From: an uncultured archaeon
Lineage (GTDB): Archaea; Asgardarchaeota; Thorarchaeia; Thorarchaeales; Thorarchaeaceae
Reading direction: 5' to 3'
DNA length: 64,000 bases
NCBI GenBank assembly: GCA_964590575.1
Contig: CAZPWM010000003.1
Coordinates: 1-64,000, forward strand
Position numbers and translations under genes: made by a program. Shown here one piece after another: positions 37,466 through 47,031 of this stretch; the stretch's first letter is position 1; every line of letters begins with the position of its first letter. The notes beneath the pieces are model-generated. The model ran no database searches. It was not told the origin of the DNA and saw only the letters and a list, made by a program, of their open reading frames with translations.

Positions 37466-38506
37466 ATGAAAGCTACTGTATTCCATAAACATGGTTCCCC
37501 GGATGTGTTGACGTATGAAAACTTTCCTGATCCCGAGGTTGGATTGAATCAAGTGCTTGTGGATGTGAAGGCAGTTGCACTCAATCATCTGGATCTGTTT
37601 GTACGAGGTGGAATTCCAGGGCTCAAGCTCGAGATGCCCCACATTCTTGGTAGTGACATATCTGGAGTGATTAAAGAAACTGGGAACGCCGTCAGCGATG
37701 AGCTTCAACCAGGGCAGAAAGTGATAATCGATCCAGGTCGATCCTGTGGGGTCTGCGAATATTGCATTCGTGGTGAAGAGTCACTCTGTGCTGAGTATGG
37801 GATAATCGGAGAACACTACCGAGGAGGCTATGCAGAGCTCATCTCAGTGGATGCAAAGAATGCGATACCCATTCCAGAATCTAGTGAACTGAACTTCAAT
37901 CAAGCAGCTGCGACACCTTTGACGTTTATGACCGCCTGGCGGACGCTCGTATCCAAGGCTCGTGTTAAACCGGGTGATGATGTTCTGATAATTGGGATTG
38001 GAGGAGGCGTGGCATTGGCAGCATTGCAGATTGCCAAACTTGCAGGGGCTCGAGTGATTGTCACGAGTTCCTCCGACGAAAAGTTAGAGAAGGCTCTCAA
38101 ATTAGGTTCAACTATTGGAATCAACCACCGCACGAATCCCGACTTTCACAAAGAAGTATATGCGTTTACAAATCGACGTGGGGTAGATGTTGTCGTTGAC
38201 TCAGTGGGCGAAGCCACCTGGGAGAAGAGTCTACGAAGCCTAACCAAAGGTGGAAGACTAGTCACATGCGGTGCAACATCCGGACCTAAGGCGACGATCA
38301 ATCTCAACCTGCTATTCTGGAAACAATTCGAAATCATTGGTTCTACTATGGGGAGTCGGTCAGAACTTCGCGATGTCCTAAAACTTGTTTGGAATGGAGA
38401 GCTCAACCCCATCGTGGATCGCGTTTTTCCTCTTTCAAAAGCTCAAGGAGCTCATGAGATTCTGGAAAAAGGAGAGCAATTCGGAAAGTTGGTCCTAAAT
38501 CCATAA
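37466..38506 (+). CDS. Zinc-binding MDR dehydrogenase / quinone oxidoreductase-like
   Basis: ALNHLD, GSD.SG, CGVCEYC...C, GIGGGVA, GKLVL. Confidence 0.9.
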   Translation: MKATVFHKHGSPDVLTYENFPDPEVGLNQVLVDVKAVALNHLDLFVRGGIPGLKLEMPHILGSDISGVIKETGNAVSDELQPGQKVIIDPGRSCGVCEYCIRGEESLCAEYGIIGEHYRGGYAELISVDAKNAIPIPESSELNFNQAAATPLTFMTAWRTLVSKARVKPGDDVLIIGIGGGVALAALQIAKLAGARVIVTSSSDEKLEKALKLGSTIGINHRTNPDFHKEVYAFTNRRGVDVVVDSVGEATWEKSLRSLTKGGRLVTCGATSGPKATINLNLLFWKQFEIIGSTMGSRSELRDVLKLVWNGELNPIVDRVFPLSKAQGAHEILEKGEQFGKLVLNP

Positions 38507-38587
38507 CCTACCCTGTATTACCCCGATACGCACCACAATCAGACACCGGTTCATTATGGTCCATGTAGTGGAATGTCTTGGTGTAGA

Positions 38588-38818
38588 ATGAGAGTCGTCA
38601 CTATCTGCCTCCCAGAGTCTTATGTTGAAGGTGTTGACAAGCTGATTGGTCAAAACAAATATCCCAATCGCTCAGAAGTCATCAGAATTGCAATTCGAGA
38701 CCTACTTGTTGATGAGCTCTGGGGTGATCGTAAACCCTCTAACAGCTTGCCTCTCGTTGCACAACTTCAGCAACAAGCTCTGGTGCAGAAGCTGCCACAA
38801 GAACCCATATCAGAATAG
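38588..38818 (+). CDS. Ribbon-helix-helix (CopG/CdrS-like) regulator
   Basis: MRVVTICLP......D.L.....YPNRSEVIR.AIRDLL. Confidence 0.85.
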   Translation: MRVVTICLPESYVEGVDKLIGQNKYPNRSEVIRIAIRDLLVDELWGDRKPSNSLPLVAQLQQQALVQKLPQEPISE

Positions 38819-38935
38819 ATACAACTGAGCTATCTTTTTCTAGGTCAAGATACAACACTTTCAGGAGCAAGAAGGGGACCATAGTGCTCCAAAGGAACAA
38901 ACATTGCTCACTCTCGATTAGGAGCAAACTCAAAA

Positions 38936-39475
38936 ATGTCACGATTCTTCCGAAGAAAGAAAGACGAAAAAAAGCCAGAAATTGAAGATGCACCAGATGA
39001 AAATTTAGATGCTGTTGCTGAAGTTGAAGAATCAGCAACTGAAGTTACAGAACCAATACCAGAGGGCAGAGGAGATACAATACCCTATCACGACTCTATT
39101 CAAGATCGAATAGTATACATGCTTAACGATGCAAAGATGGCTGACGGTTTAGAAGGTACACATGAGTTCACTCTCGAGTTCATGGCAATGGGTGAACGTT
39201 TCTGGATTGGAAAGGTTGCCCTTGGCGCAATTGAGACTAAGATTGGCAAAGCTGCTGATGAAGATGCCCACATAAGAATCTCGAATGATGCTGTCAGCGA
39301 GCTACTCAATGCAGCCACTTTCTCAGAATTTTCACGTCTTTATCTACAGTACTACAAGACCTCTGATGCTGGAAAGTTCATCAAAATTGAAGCCCGAAAG
39401 CCAATCTCTGATATGAACCGCCGAGGATACGCTCGGGTTCCAGTGCTGAAGTTACTCATTGGTGCTGCGCGATAG
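38936..39475 (+). CDS. Hypothetical protein, possible SCP2-like domain
   Basis: Basic amphipathic N-terminus, acidic linker, then GERFWI...G.IE...G.A.D.DAHIRIS pattern. Confidence 0.6.
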   Translation: MSRFFRRKKDEKKPEIEDAPDENLDAVAEVEESATEVTEPIPEGRGDTIPYHDSIQDRIVYMLNDAKMADGLEGTHEFTLEFMAMGERFWIGKVALGAIETKIGKAADEDAHIRISNDAVSELLNAATFSEFSRLYLQYYKTSDAGKFIKIEARKPISDMNRRGYARVPVLKLLIGAAR

Positions 39476-39544
39476 ATTAGAACTCTCTAGCAATAGTTTA
39501 AAATCAGGCATGAAACCCATCTGAAACATTCAGGTGGTAGTATC

Positions 39545-40228
39545 TTGTCCGATATCAAGACCCCCGTGGTCATAATCAACTTCAAGACATATCCGCAAGC
39601 CACAGGTGAAAAAGCTGTAACTCTTGCTAAGTCATGTGAAGCAGTGTCACTGGAATTTAACGTACCCATCGTGGTCGCACCTCAGATTTCAGATCTTTAC
39701 AGAGTTGTACAGGCTGTTGATATCCCGGTGTTCTCACAGCACATGGACCCTGGTGAGCAAGGACGGTTCACTGGTCATGTTCTCGGAGAAGCTCTTGTTG
39801 AGGCTGGATGTGCTGGAACGCTTCTGAATCACTCTGAAAATAGGATGCAACTTGCTGATGTCGAACTAGCAGTTACAAAGGCAAGTAAATTGAAACTCTA
39901 CACTGTTGTATGCACAAATAATCCTGCAGTAAGTGTTGCTGCGGCTACAATGAAACCAAACTCAGTTGCAGTCGAACCTCCCGAGCTCATAGGTTCAGGA
40001 ATCTCTGTTTCCCAAGCACAACCAGAAGTGATCAGTGGTACGGTTGATCTAATTCGCAAAGTAAACAAAGAAGTAGTCATCCTTTGCGGTGCAGGTATCA
40101 GCAATGGCGATGATGTTACTGCAGCCATGAAGCTTGGTTCTCAAGGAGTCCTTCTTGCTTCAGCCGTCGCAAAATCCGACAAACCTGCTGATGTCCTAAA
40201 GAGCTTAGCAGGACCATTAAGAAAATAG
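39545..40228 (+). CDS. tpiA: Triosephosphate isomerase, archaeal type
   Basis: IINFKTY, LLNHSE, AVEPPELIGSG, LCGAGI, GVLLASA. Confidence 0.97.
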   Translation: MSDIKTPVVIINFKTYPQATGEKAVTLAKSCEAVSLEFNVPIVVAPQISDLYRVVQAVDIPVFSQHMDPGEQGRFTGHVLGEALVEAGCAGTLLNHSENRMQLADVELAVTKASKLKLYTVVCTNNPAVSVAAATMKPNSVAVEPPELIGSGISVSQAQPEVISGTVDLIRKVNKEVVILCGAGISNGDDVTAAMKLGSQGVLLASAVAKSDKPADVLKSLAGPLRK

Positions 40229-40284
40229 TCCCTTCCGGTTGATTTTTCACGGTGCATTAGAGCGCCTCGCATAGGCGATTCAAT

Positions 40285-41178
40285 TTGAAAGTGACCTTGG
40301 AGTGTGCACACTGTCTGCTTGAAAGAGCAATCAATCAGATAAAGCTGGCCACGGATGATCCTGCCCTCAGAATGAGAGTAGTTGAAGCAATGACACAATT
40401 CCTAGGTGAGAACTTCAATGGTGATGCTGTTCCCAGTCATATTGGCACAGACAGAGACCTTCTCGTACAAGAAATGACTGGAAATGACCCATATAAAGAA
40501 CTCAAACATGAATCAAATGAGATGGCACTCGGTATTCTCCCTGAGCTCCAGAAGCTTGTGGATGAGCATGACGATCCAATAATGCGATTTCGTACAGCCA
40601 CATTGATTACCGCTGCCGCCAACGCGATAGAATTTGATGTTTCTGGTCGTGAGTTCAGCCTCGACGAATTGCGGTTGATTATTGATAACGTTGAAGCAGA
40701 CCTTGCTATTGACCAAGTGGAAGAATTCATGTCCTTCCTAGGTGATGTGAAGGAGGTCCTCTTATTACATGACCACGCTGGTGAGGTTGTCTTAGACATG
40801 ATTCTCATCCGTGAGATCAGACGTATTGGCCCCAAAGTCATAGCCGTTGTCAAAGGCGGACCAATCTTGAATGATGCTACAATGGTTGATGCTGAAGAAG
40901 TAGGTCTGTCCGATTATGCTGATGAAGTCCGAGATACAGGTGCGGCGGCAATCGGAGTAAATTTGGAACGCAATTCGGAGGAGTTCAAGAAACTGTTCTT
41001 GTCAGCTGAACTCATAGTAGCAAAGGGTATGGGAAACTTCGAATCATTAACAGAGTTTGATCCCTTTTGTCCCACTGTCCATATCATGAGGACAAAATGC
41101 AATCCAGTTGCTCAGCATGTTGGAGTACCTCGGAACAAGAATGTGGTAATGATACGAATGCCACCAGATACAGACTAA
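40285..41178 (+). CDS. DUF89/ARMT1-like damage-control phosphatase
   Basis: EC..CL, DPYKELK, D.AGE...D, PILNDAT, KGMGNFESL, KC.PVA. Confidence 0.9.
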   Translation: MKVTLECAHCLLERAINQIKLATDDPALRMRVVEAMTQFLGENFNGDAVPSHIGTDRDLLVQEMTGNDPYKELKHESNEMALGILPELQKLVDEHDDPIMRFRTATLITAAANAIEFDVSGREFSLDELRLIIDNVEADLAIDQVEEFMSFLGDVKEVLLLHDHAGEVVLDMILIREIRRIGPKVIAVVKGGPILNDATMVDAEEVGLSDYADEVRDTGAAAIGVNLERNSEEFKKLFLSAELIVAKGMGNFESLTEFDPFCPTVHIMRTKCNPVAQHVGVPRNKNVVMIRMPPDTD

Positions 41179-41183
41179 CTGTC

Positions 41184-42014
41184 TTATGCCATATCATCTT
41201 TGTATGGTCTTAGTGCTCGTGTCAGATTGCTTGAATCTGAAAACTCTACTTTCAGTTCAGGAAATTCTAGACTGATAACATCTCGGAGTCGTTTCATTCC
41301 AGGTTCTTCAGTTACAAAAGCACCGAGTTCGAGTGTGCTAATCCCTTCTTCATTTGCTAGTAATCTAATATCTGGTGAAAGCTCTCCTGTAACCAACGTT
41401 TTTAGATCCTGGTTCTTGGCATTAATTATCTCGGGCATGTCTATACTATTCCCAGCAATCACGAGCACTCCACCAACCTCGTCATCAAGGTCTCCTGTGA
41501 ATAACACAGTATCCAGGTTCAGCTTTTCTGCTATGAAATTGACAAAACCTGAGTGGTTTTTGGATACTGGTGACTTGCAGGTTCGACCGATTGCCACTAT
41601 ATTTCCAAAGTCCCCCTCCGTCATAAAATCTCCAGTTCGTGTCAATCCAAGAGCTTCAACGAGTGCATCATTTAAGCCATCCCTTGTACACAACCACCCA
41701 CTGCCAATCAGATACGACGAGATGTAATTCTTTGCTAACAATCTTACCCTTACAAGATCGAGCCCTGAGAGACGGTCAATAGCAAATGGAAATAATGGAC
41801 GATAGGTGACCAAGAGATTTGCTCTGTTCTGTGAAGCTTTAGTTATCACGCGTGCGGATGGATACGTAGCAATCAATAATCTGTTGACTGTGGTGTTTGC
41901 CTTCTCAGAATCAGTCTGAGGGCCTATTTCCACCCGATTTTCCATGCCCCTAACTACTAGTTCTCGTGGGGCAATGCTCTCTAGGTACTTGGTTATCTCG
42001 AGTAGGGTTGTCAT
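41184..42014 (-). CDS. NIF3/YbgI-fold protein lacking His metal ligands
   Basis: NIF3 layout (L..IAP..L, GLNDAL...LGL, IGR, LVTGE, TEEPG), but THHP is TYRP. Confidence 0.75.
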   Translation of the reverse strand: MTTLLEITKYLESIAPRELVVRGMENRVEIGPQTDSEKANTTVNRLLIATYPSARVITKASQNRANLLVTYRPLFPFAIDRLSGLDLVRVRLLAKNYISSYLIGSGWLCTRDGLNDALVEALGLTRTGDFMTEGDFGNIVAIGRTCKSPVSKNHSGFVNFIAEKLNLDTVLFTGDLDDEVGGVLVIAGNSIDMPEIINAKNQDLKTLVTGELSPDIRLLANEEGISTLELGAFVTEEPGMKRLRDVISLEFPELKVEFSDSSNLTRALRPYKDDMA

Positions 42015-42084
42015 CCATAACACCTATGATAGACTGCAACTTGACTAGCACATCAGTCTTTTCATTAAATGTTGCTATGTATAC

Positions 42085-42774
42085 TCAATCAGCAAATACA
42101 GGTTCAATATTGATAAGCAGAATCGAGGCAAAGTTTTGGATATCATCATAGAAGAACAGTCCTATAACGATATACATTTCTTCTTTTCCAAGTTCTGCAT
42201 TCTCCACTATTACATCGTGATTTGGGTTGTGTTGTACTGTGAAATAGACCCACATAGTCACCTCGACTGGAGGACAGCATGTGCATAATGGGACATACTG
42301 ATGCAATTGGAATCCATCAGTTCGTCGTTGCAAAATACTTCCATTGACCTCAACATTCAATCCATCGTACTTATTACCAAAGTTGGCAAGTTCAAAGAGA
42401 TTCGTCTTGGTTCTATTCTCAGGTATTTCATCGAAGAATCTCTCACCAACCACTCCATTGATCCAGTCGTAATTATTAGTCGAGTCCACAACAATCATTG
42501 GTGTAATCACCAGAAGGATAATTGGCAATACTATGGGGACTCCATTCATTCTTGGTCCAAATCTGCTCTCACCCGATGTTGCAGCACAGACCTGACAGTA
42601 TCTGGCCTCGGGGTCTCTGTGCTGTCCAATCACAACCGCAATTCCAGAAAGTATTAGAATACTAGAGTTGATAGCTGAGAAGACTGTGTCATATTGAAGT
42701 CTGAAGACAAGAATCGTGACCCCAAGCAGTACAAGAAGCCATCCATGATTTGCTCGTGTTCCTTTAGAAGTCAA
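42085..42774 (-). CDS. Membrane protein, DUF1980/TIGR03943-like partner of the permease
   Basis: Three TM segments, then KYDG..VEV.G and F.L....LCTCCP; 4-bp overlap with the permease stop. Confidence 0.6.
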   Translation of the reverse strand: MTSKGTRANHGWLLVLLGVTILVFRLQYDTVFSAINSSILILSGIAVVIGQHRDPEARYCQVCAATSGESRFGPRMNGVPIVLPIILLVITPMIVVDSTNNYDWINGVVGERFFDEIPENRTKTNLFELANFGNKYDGLNVEVNGSILQRRTDGFQLHQYVPLCTCCPPVEVTMWVYFTVQHNPNHDVIVENAELGKEEMYIVIGLFFYDDIQNFASILLINIEPVFAD

Positions 42775-43832
42775 AATATCATCACCGCCCAGAGAACATT
42801 GAACAAAAATCCAATCGCTAGAATGAAAATTACAGAAATGAATAAGTACGCAACTATCAGTTTTCTATCAAGGTACCCAAACATCATACCAACATACGCC
42901 ATTCCTAACAGTGGTCCAGCTAAGAAGAATGAAACAAGACCCCCAGTACTAAGGCCAAGGTCTTGGAATGTTTTTCCAATTGGCGGATCTGCTGTGGGAC
43001 AAAGGCAGAAAACTACTCCCATAAACACTCCTACCGGTATAGAAGTGATTAATCCTGTGAAATAGCCATAGAACAGAGATTGATCAAGTACTGCAACAAA
43101 GATGGCAAGGATAGTGACCGCGAAGACATAGTACTTCCCAACCTCGAGTGTTTCTTCACCCATGTCCCATAAAGCTTGAATTCTCTTTGATATTTTAAAG
43201 CTAGGTTCAGCTGGTTGTCCAAACGCCCTGCCACCTACAACTACCTTTTCTGAGTAAATTCTATCGGATAGAATAGGACCATCATGTAAGATGTCTAAGA
43301 ACACCCCCCCAATGATTCCTAAGACAATCATTGACACAGTCCGAATAACAGCTATAGGGACACCAAAAACCGCAGCGGTGACTACAAAGACAACCGGATT
43401 TGCTGCAGGCGATGAGAACAGAAATGCAAAGGCTGCCTTTCTTGGCATCTTCTGTTCAACAAGTGTAGCGAACAGAGGTAGTAATCCACAAGTACAGACA
43501 GGTACAAGTACTCCCATCAAAGATCCCAATACTACTCCTGAGCGCTCATGTTCTACCAACCTTAACATTAGATTCTCAAGGGGAATGTACGTCTTCACTA
43601 TGCTACCAATTACTATTCCAAGCAAAAGATAAATCAGCGACCCAAAGAAGATTCCCGAAAAAACTCTAACAAATAGTGAGAGGTTGAACGACGTGCCATA
43701 ATAGTGGAGCCAGAGTATGACTCCCAGTAGTAGAACGGTTAGAAGCAGGAATCTGATTTCATATAGGTATCGAAGACGAGAGGTCTTGGGTATCGTGATT
43801 TCAATCTCAACAGTTTCTCCGGAAGTTTCTAT
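42771..43832 (-). CDS. DUF318 (ArsP_1/YcgR-like) permease
   Basis: PVCTCG.LP, FL.SSPA.NP, C.TAD.P, FFLAGP; frame open about 70 codons upstream of the ORF-track TTG (43625), proposed ATA start 43832. Confidence 0.8.
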   Translation of the reverse strand: METSGETVEIEITIPKTSRLRYLYEIRFLLLTVLLLGVILWLHYYGTSFNLSLFVRVFSGIFFGSLIYLLLGIVIGSIVKTYIPLENLMLRLVEHERSGVVLGSLMGVLVPVCTCGLLPLFATLVEQKMPRKAAFAFLFSSPAANPVVFVVTAAVFGVPIAVIRTVSMIVLGIIGGVFLDILHDGPILSDRIYSEKVVVGGRAFGQPAEPSFKISKRIQALWDMGEETLEVGKYYVFAVTILAIFVAVLDQSLFYGYFTGLITSIPVGVFMGVVFCLCPTADPPIGKTFQDLGLSTGGLVSFFLAGPLLGMAYVGMMFGYLDRKLIVAYLFISVIFILAIGFLFNVLWAVMIF

Positions 43833-43846
43833 TTGTTCACCCCGCG

Positions 43847-46279
43847 TCAGGGCGTCTTCCTCCTCTTGGCGATGAATAAGACGACGAAAAGGACAACAAC
43901 CAGAGCCCCTCCTATAGCTGCAGATAGGAGAAGATCAACAGGATTTCCGGAAAAACCTGTAGTTCCTAAACCAACGACCTCGTAGGCCCCTCCCTCTATT
44001 CTGAATGTATTACCTAGAATGTCGGTTATAGTAATATAGAAGGATATTGTGATGTTGGTTGAGAATGGGCCTAGAACCAAACCATAACTATCACCAAAAT
44101 TCTCGAGTCCTGCAACAACCCCGCCACTACCATTATCATAGTGCAGAAGCGCGAAAGTTATCATTCTAATGTCATCTCTGTTCCTCAGTAGTCGAATTGT
44201 AATCTCTCCCTCTACATCGTCAACTTCCACATCGAGATTATCAATAATCCCACCAATGGTATATGTTACTGCCATGTGCTCTTCGGTAGCATTTGAACAT
44301 CGTATATTGATTGCAATTTTTGTGTAACCAAAACTGGTGGCATTAAAATTCAAGATCACGGTCTGATTGGTTCCTGCTTCTAATTCTAGAACTATTGGAT
44401 TCTTTTCTAAAGTGAGAGATTTGACAATATATGGTGTCATGTTGAGTGTTACTGAATACGGGTTTGAGTTGGAGATTGTTACATTGAATTGCAGAGTAGA
44501 TCCCGGCTCAATCACTCCTAAATTTCGAGAGGACTGTGTGATGTTTATACCTAATGCGAAATCCGATAGGCTTTCATCTGTCAATCGAAGAGCTCGTGAT
44601 GGGTTCCACCATTCTAATGCAGTTTCTGCAGCTCCAAGATACCCTCGTGATAGTGCTTGCCAACCCCTCTCCCCCTCGATTTGGTCAAGCTGATTCCCGC
44701 AGTCCTCCACTGCTGATTCAGCCTGGTCCCAGATTTCGAGCAGTCTGTCTACCCAAACTCCACGTCCAATGATGACTTTATTGACCAAGTCAAGAACCAC
44801 AATTCTGAAATCAAGTACGGCCTCCTTGAAGTCCTCCACTGATATAGTGCCGTTTGGTCCTGAAGGGTTATTGACAAATGCAACATTCCGAACAAGTCCA
44901 AGATTACGATATGCATGACCATCATTTGATGCTACGAATGGTGTGAAGTAGCATGACTCACCTAAGGCATGAAAATAGGCTCTACAGTCAACTTCAAATG
45001 CATCATAACCATAGGCATCGAACTTAATCCAAGGGTCGATATAGGCAAAGCCAATTGTAGGATGAGCAAGTACCGAAATCGCTCCTTGCGAATGAATTTC
45101 ACTTACCGCTTCTGTAATATCGTCAGTGAAGATATTGTCAGTCAATGGAAATCCGACAGTGTGGGGTATACTTGATAGTTCTGCGCCAATGAAAATTGGA
45201 CAATCAAGTCCATATCTCTCTTGATATGCTCTTGCATCAAGACCTCCAACTATGCCGTTGTTTGAGGACGTATCGTATGAATGATCTGAAACTAAAAAGA
45301 AATCGAGAGCTGTTTCAAGTGCTCGATCCACCATAATACCTGGGCTGTCCTCTCCATCACTACGCGTTGTATGATCATGATAGACACCATTGAAGATATG
45401 ATATTCCTCAATCTCAGTCGGTGAGAGTGCTGGCCCCGACCCCGTTCTAATGATAATCTTCTCTGGAACACTGACTGTTCTTGGTGCGTTTCCGGCAAGC
45501 CAATCTATAACATTGAGTGAGAATTGGTAGTGATCATCCCATTCGACTCTCCAACCTGAATCATGACGATACTGTATAAACGGGGCAAGCGGACCTACTG
45601 CTACGACTCTTCCCGAACCAGCTTGGGAGTATGCAACTGTTGGAGAACCCTCGTATGTACCAATGACAGTCGCAGGTGATGTAACTGTAAGCGTACAGCC
45701 ACGTAATTGATCACAATTAGAATGAATTGACGCAACATCATATGTAAGGTCGTGCTCAACCAAGTCTCCATTCTCTTTGATACATTTACCCAACCATCTA
45801 TCCATATTGAAGGTGATTCCATAGGTTTCAGAGACTGGATTCAGATGCTCTGGTGTATAGTCCCAGTCGTAACCAACATAATCAACCCCCACTAGTAGAA
45901 GCCCTCCACCCGACTCCACAAAATTCTGAACTGCTATAACTTCTCCTGATGATAGTGCTATTTGTGGAAAGAAGAGACACAAGATATCAAAACTTGCAAG
46001 AATGCCACTATCTAGAAGGGCCCCCCAGTTGGTGGAGGATTCATATCCATGTGCTTCAAGCAATGCACTAAACACTGATGCATTTCCTGGGGTCCACATG
46101 TCTGAGCCCCTGTCACAATGCGACTCATCAAACAGAATCTTCGCTGTTTGGAACGCCTGAGATTGATTATATTCGGAAGCGGAATCGCTTTGATTAACTG
46201 CTAAGTTTCCAATAAGATTGGGAACATACATAGCAGACACAAACAACAGTAGTATCATTATTGGGGTGTTTCGTTGCAT
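43847..46279 (-). CDS. Secreted membrane-anchored PHP-domain metallophosphoesterase with DUF4350-like and Ig-like domains
   Basis: Signal peptide; ILFDESH...FV.SGGGLLL.G; HDHT..SDG, SDH, GAE, AHP, NDGH; C-terminal TM plus KRRK. Confidence 0.82.
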   Translation of the reverse strand: MQRNTPIMILLLFVSAMYVPNLIGNLAVNQSDSASEYNQSQAFQTAKILFDESHCDRGSDMWTPGNASVFSALLEAHGYESSTNWGALLDSGILASFDILCLFFPQIALSSGEVIAVQNFVESGGGLLLVGVDYVGYDWDYTPEHLNPVSETYGITFNMDRWLGKCIKENGDLVEHDLTYDVASIHSNCDQLRGCTLTVTSPATVIGTYEGSPTVAYSQAGSGRVVAVGPLAPFIQYRHDSGWRVEWDDHYQFSLNVIDWLAGNAPRTVSVPEKIIIRTGSGPALSPTEIEEYHIFNGVYHDHTTRSDGEDSPGIMVDRALETALDFFLVSDHSYDTSSNNGIVGGLDARAYQERYGLDCPIFIGAELSSIPHTVGFPLTDNIFTDDITEAVSEIHSQGAISVLAHPTIGFAYIDPWIKFDAYGYDAFEVDCRAYFHALGESCYFTPFVASNDGHAYRNLGLVRNVAFVNNPSGPNGTISVEDFKEAVLDFRIVVLDLVNKVIIGRGVWVDRLLEIWDQAESAVEDCGNQLDQIEGERGWQALSRGYLGAAETALEWWNPSRALRLTDESLSDFALGINITQSSRNLGVIEPGSTLQFNVTISNSNPYSVTLNMTPYIVKSLTLEKNPIVLELEAGTNQTVILNFNATSFGYTKIAINIRCSNATEEHMAVTYTIGGIIDNLDVEVDDVEGEITIRLLRNRDDIRMITFALLHYDNGSGGVVAGLENFGDSYGLVLGPFSTNITISFYITITDILGNTFRIEGGAYEVVGLGTTGFSGNPVDLLLSAAIGGALVVVLFVVLFIAKRRKTP

Positions 46280-46479
46280 GACCCTGCCTCAACATTCGTA
46301 ATAATGAATATGGATTCAATTACAAAATAAAGCCAACACATGCTTTAATCTTTCGTATTAATATGCGTATGATTCCTTGAGTTTCAGAATTGCATGATTG
46401 TCTGGTTTTGGACAGATACGCCAAAATATGTAACAGCCGCAGCTTTAGAATGTAGAACTCCCTGAATTTGAATGTATGA

Positions 46480-46896
46480 CTACTCGTCCTCTTTCTCAAT
46501 GATATCTTCATCGATATCCTCATCGTAGGAGTAGAGATCCTCAAGTTCTTTGTCAATTTCTTCTAGCTCAGGCTCATCCTCAACCACTTCTAGCTCCGGT
46601 TCTTCTTCTTCAATTTCTTCAAGCTCTGGTTCATCATCAAAGATTTGAAGTTCCGGTTCGTCGTCAATAACCTCAAGTTCTGCGTCTTTCTTCTTGGGTT
46701 TCTTTGTTGGCTTGGTCTTCTTTTTCTTCTTCTCAGCAACTATTACTGGAGCGACGGTTCCTTTCCGCTTGAGTTTCAACAAACTCGCTTTAGCAGCTTG
46801 GAGTTTCCGCATCCTTCTGAAGTCAATCTGCTGAGGATTCTGGGTATTTCTAAGACGCGTTAATTCAATTTTGATGGCCCTTTCCTTGTTTACCAT
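46480..46896 (-). CDS. Hypothetical protein, basic N-half and acidic repeat C-half
   Basis: GGTGT before ATG; Lys-rich segment, then EL(E/Q)xxDDEP repeats. Confidence 0.75.
   Translation of the reverse strand: MVNKERAIKIELTRLRNTQNPQQIDFRRMRKLQAAKASLLKLKRKGTVAPVIVAEKKKKKTKPTKKPKKKDAELEVIDDEPELQIFDDEPELEEIEEEEPELEVVEDEPELEEIDKELEDLYSYDEDIDEDIIEKEDE
46546..46680 (-). repeat. About five imperfect 27-30 bp coding tandem repeats
   Basis: ELEVIDDEP / ELQIFDDEP / ELEEIEEEEP / ELEVVEDEP / ELEEIDKE. Confidence 0.75.
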
Positions 46897-47031
46897 TTCA
46901 TAACACCGTCGCGTTCACAGCGTCACTCTGTGATTGTTTTATAACTGTGTCGGGACTTCTTTAAGACAAGCCTTTTCTTCTTCATAGTATGGACAAAGGA
47001 TGTGTATTGCAGACCTGTGGGTGGTTGATAT

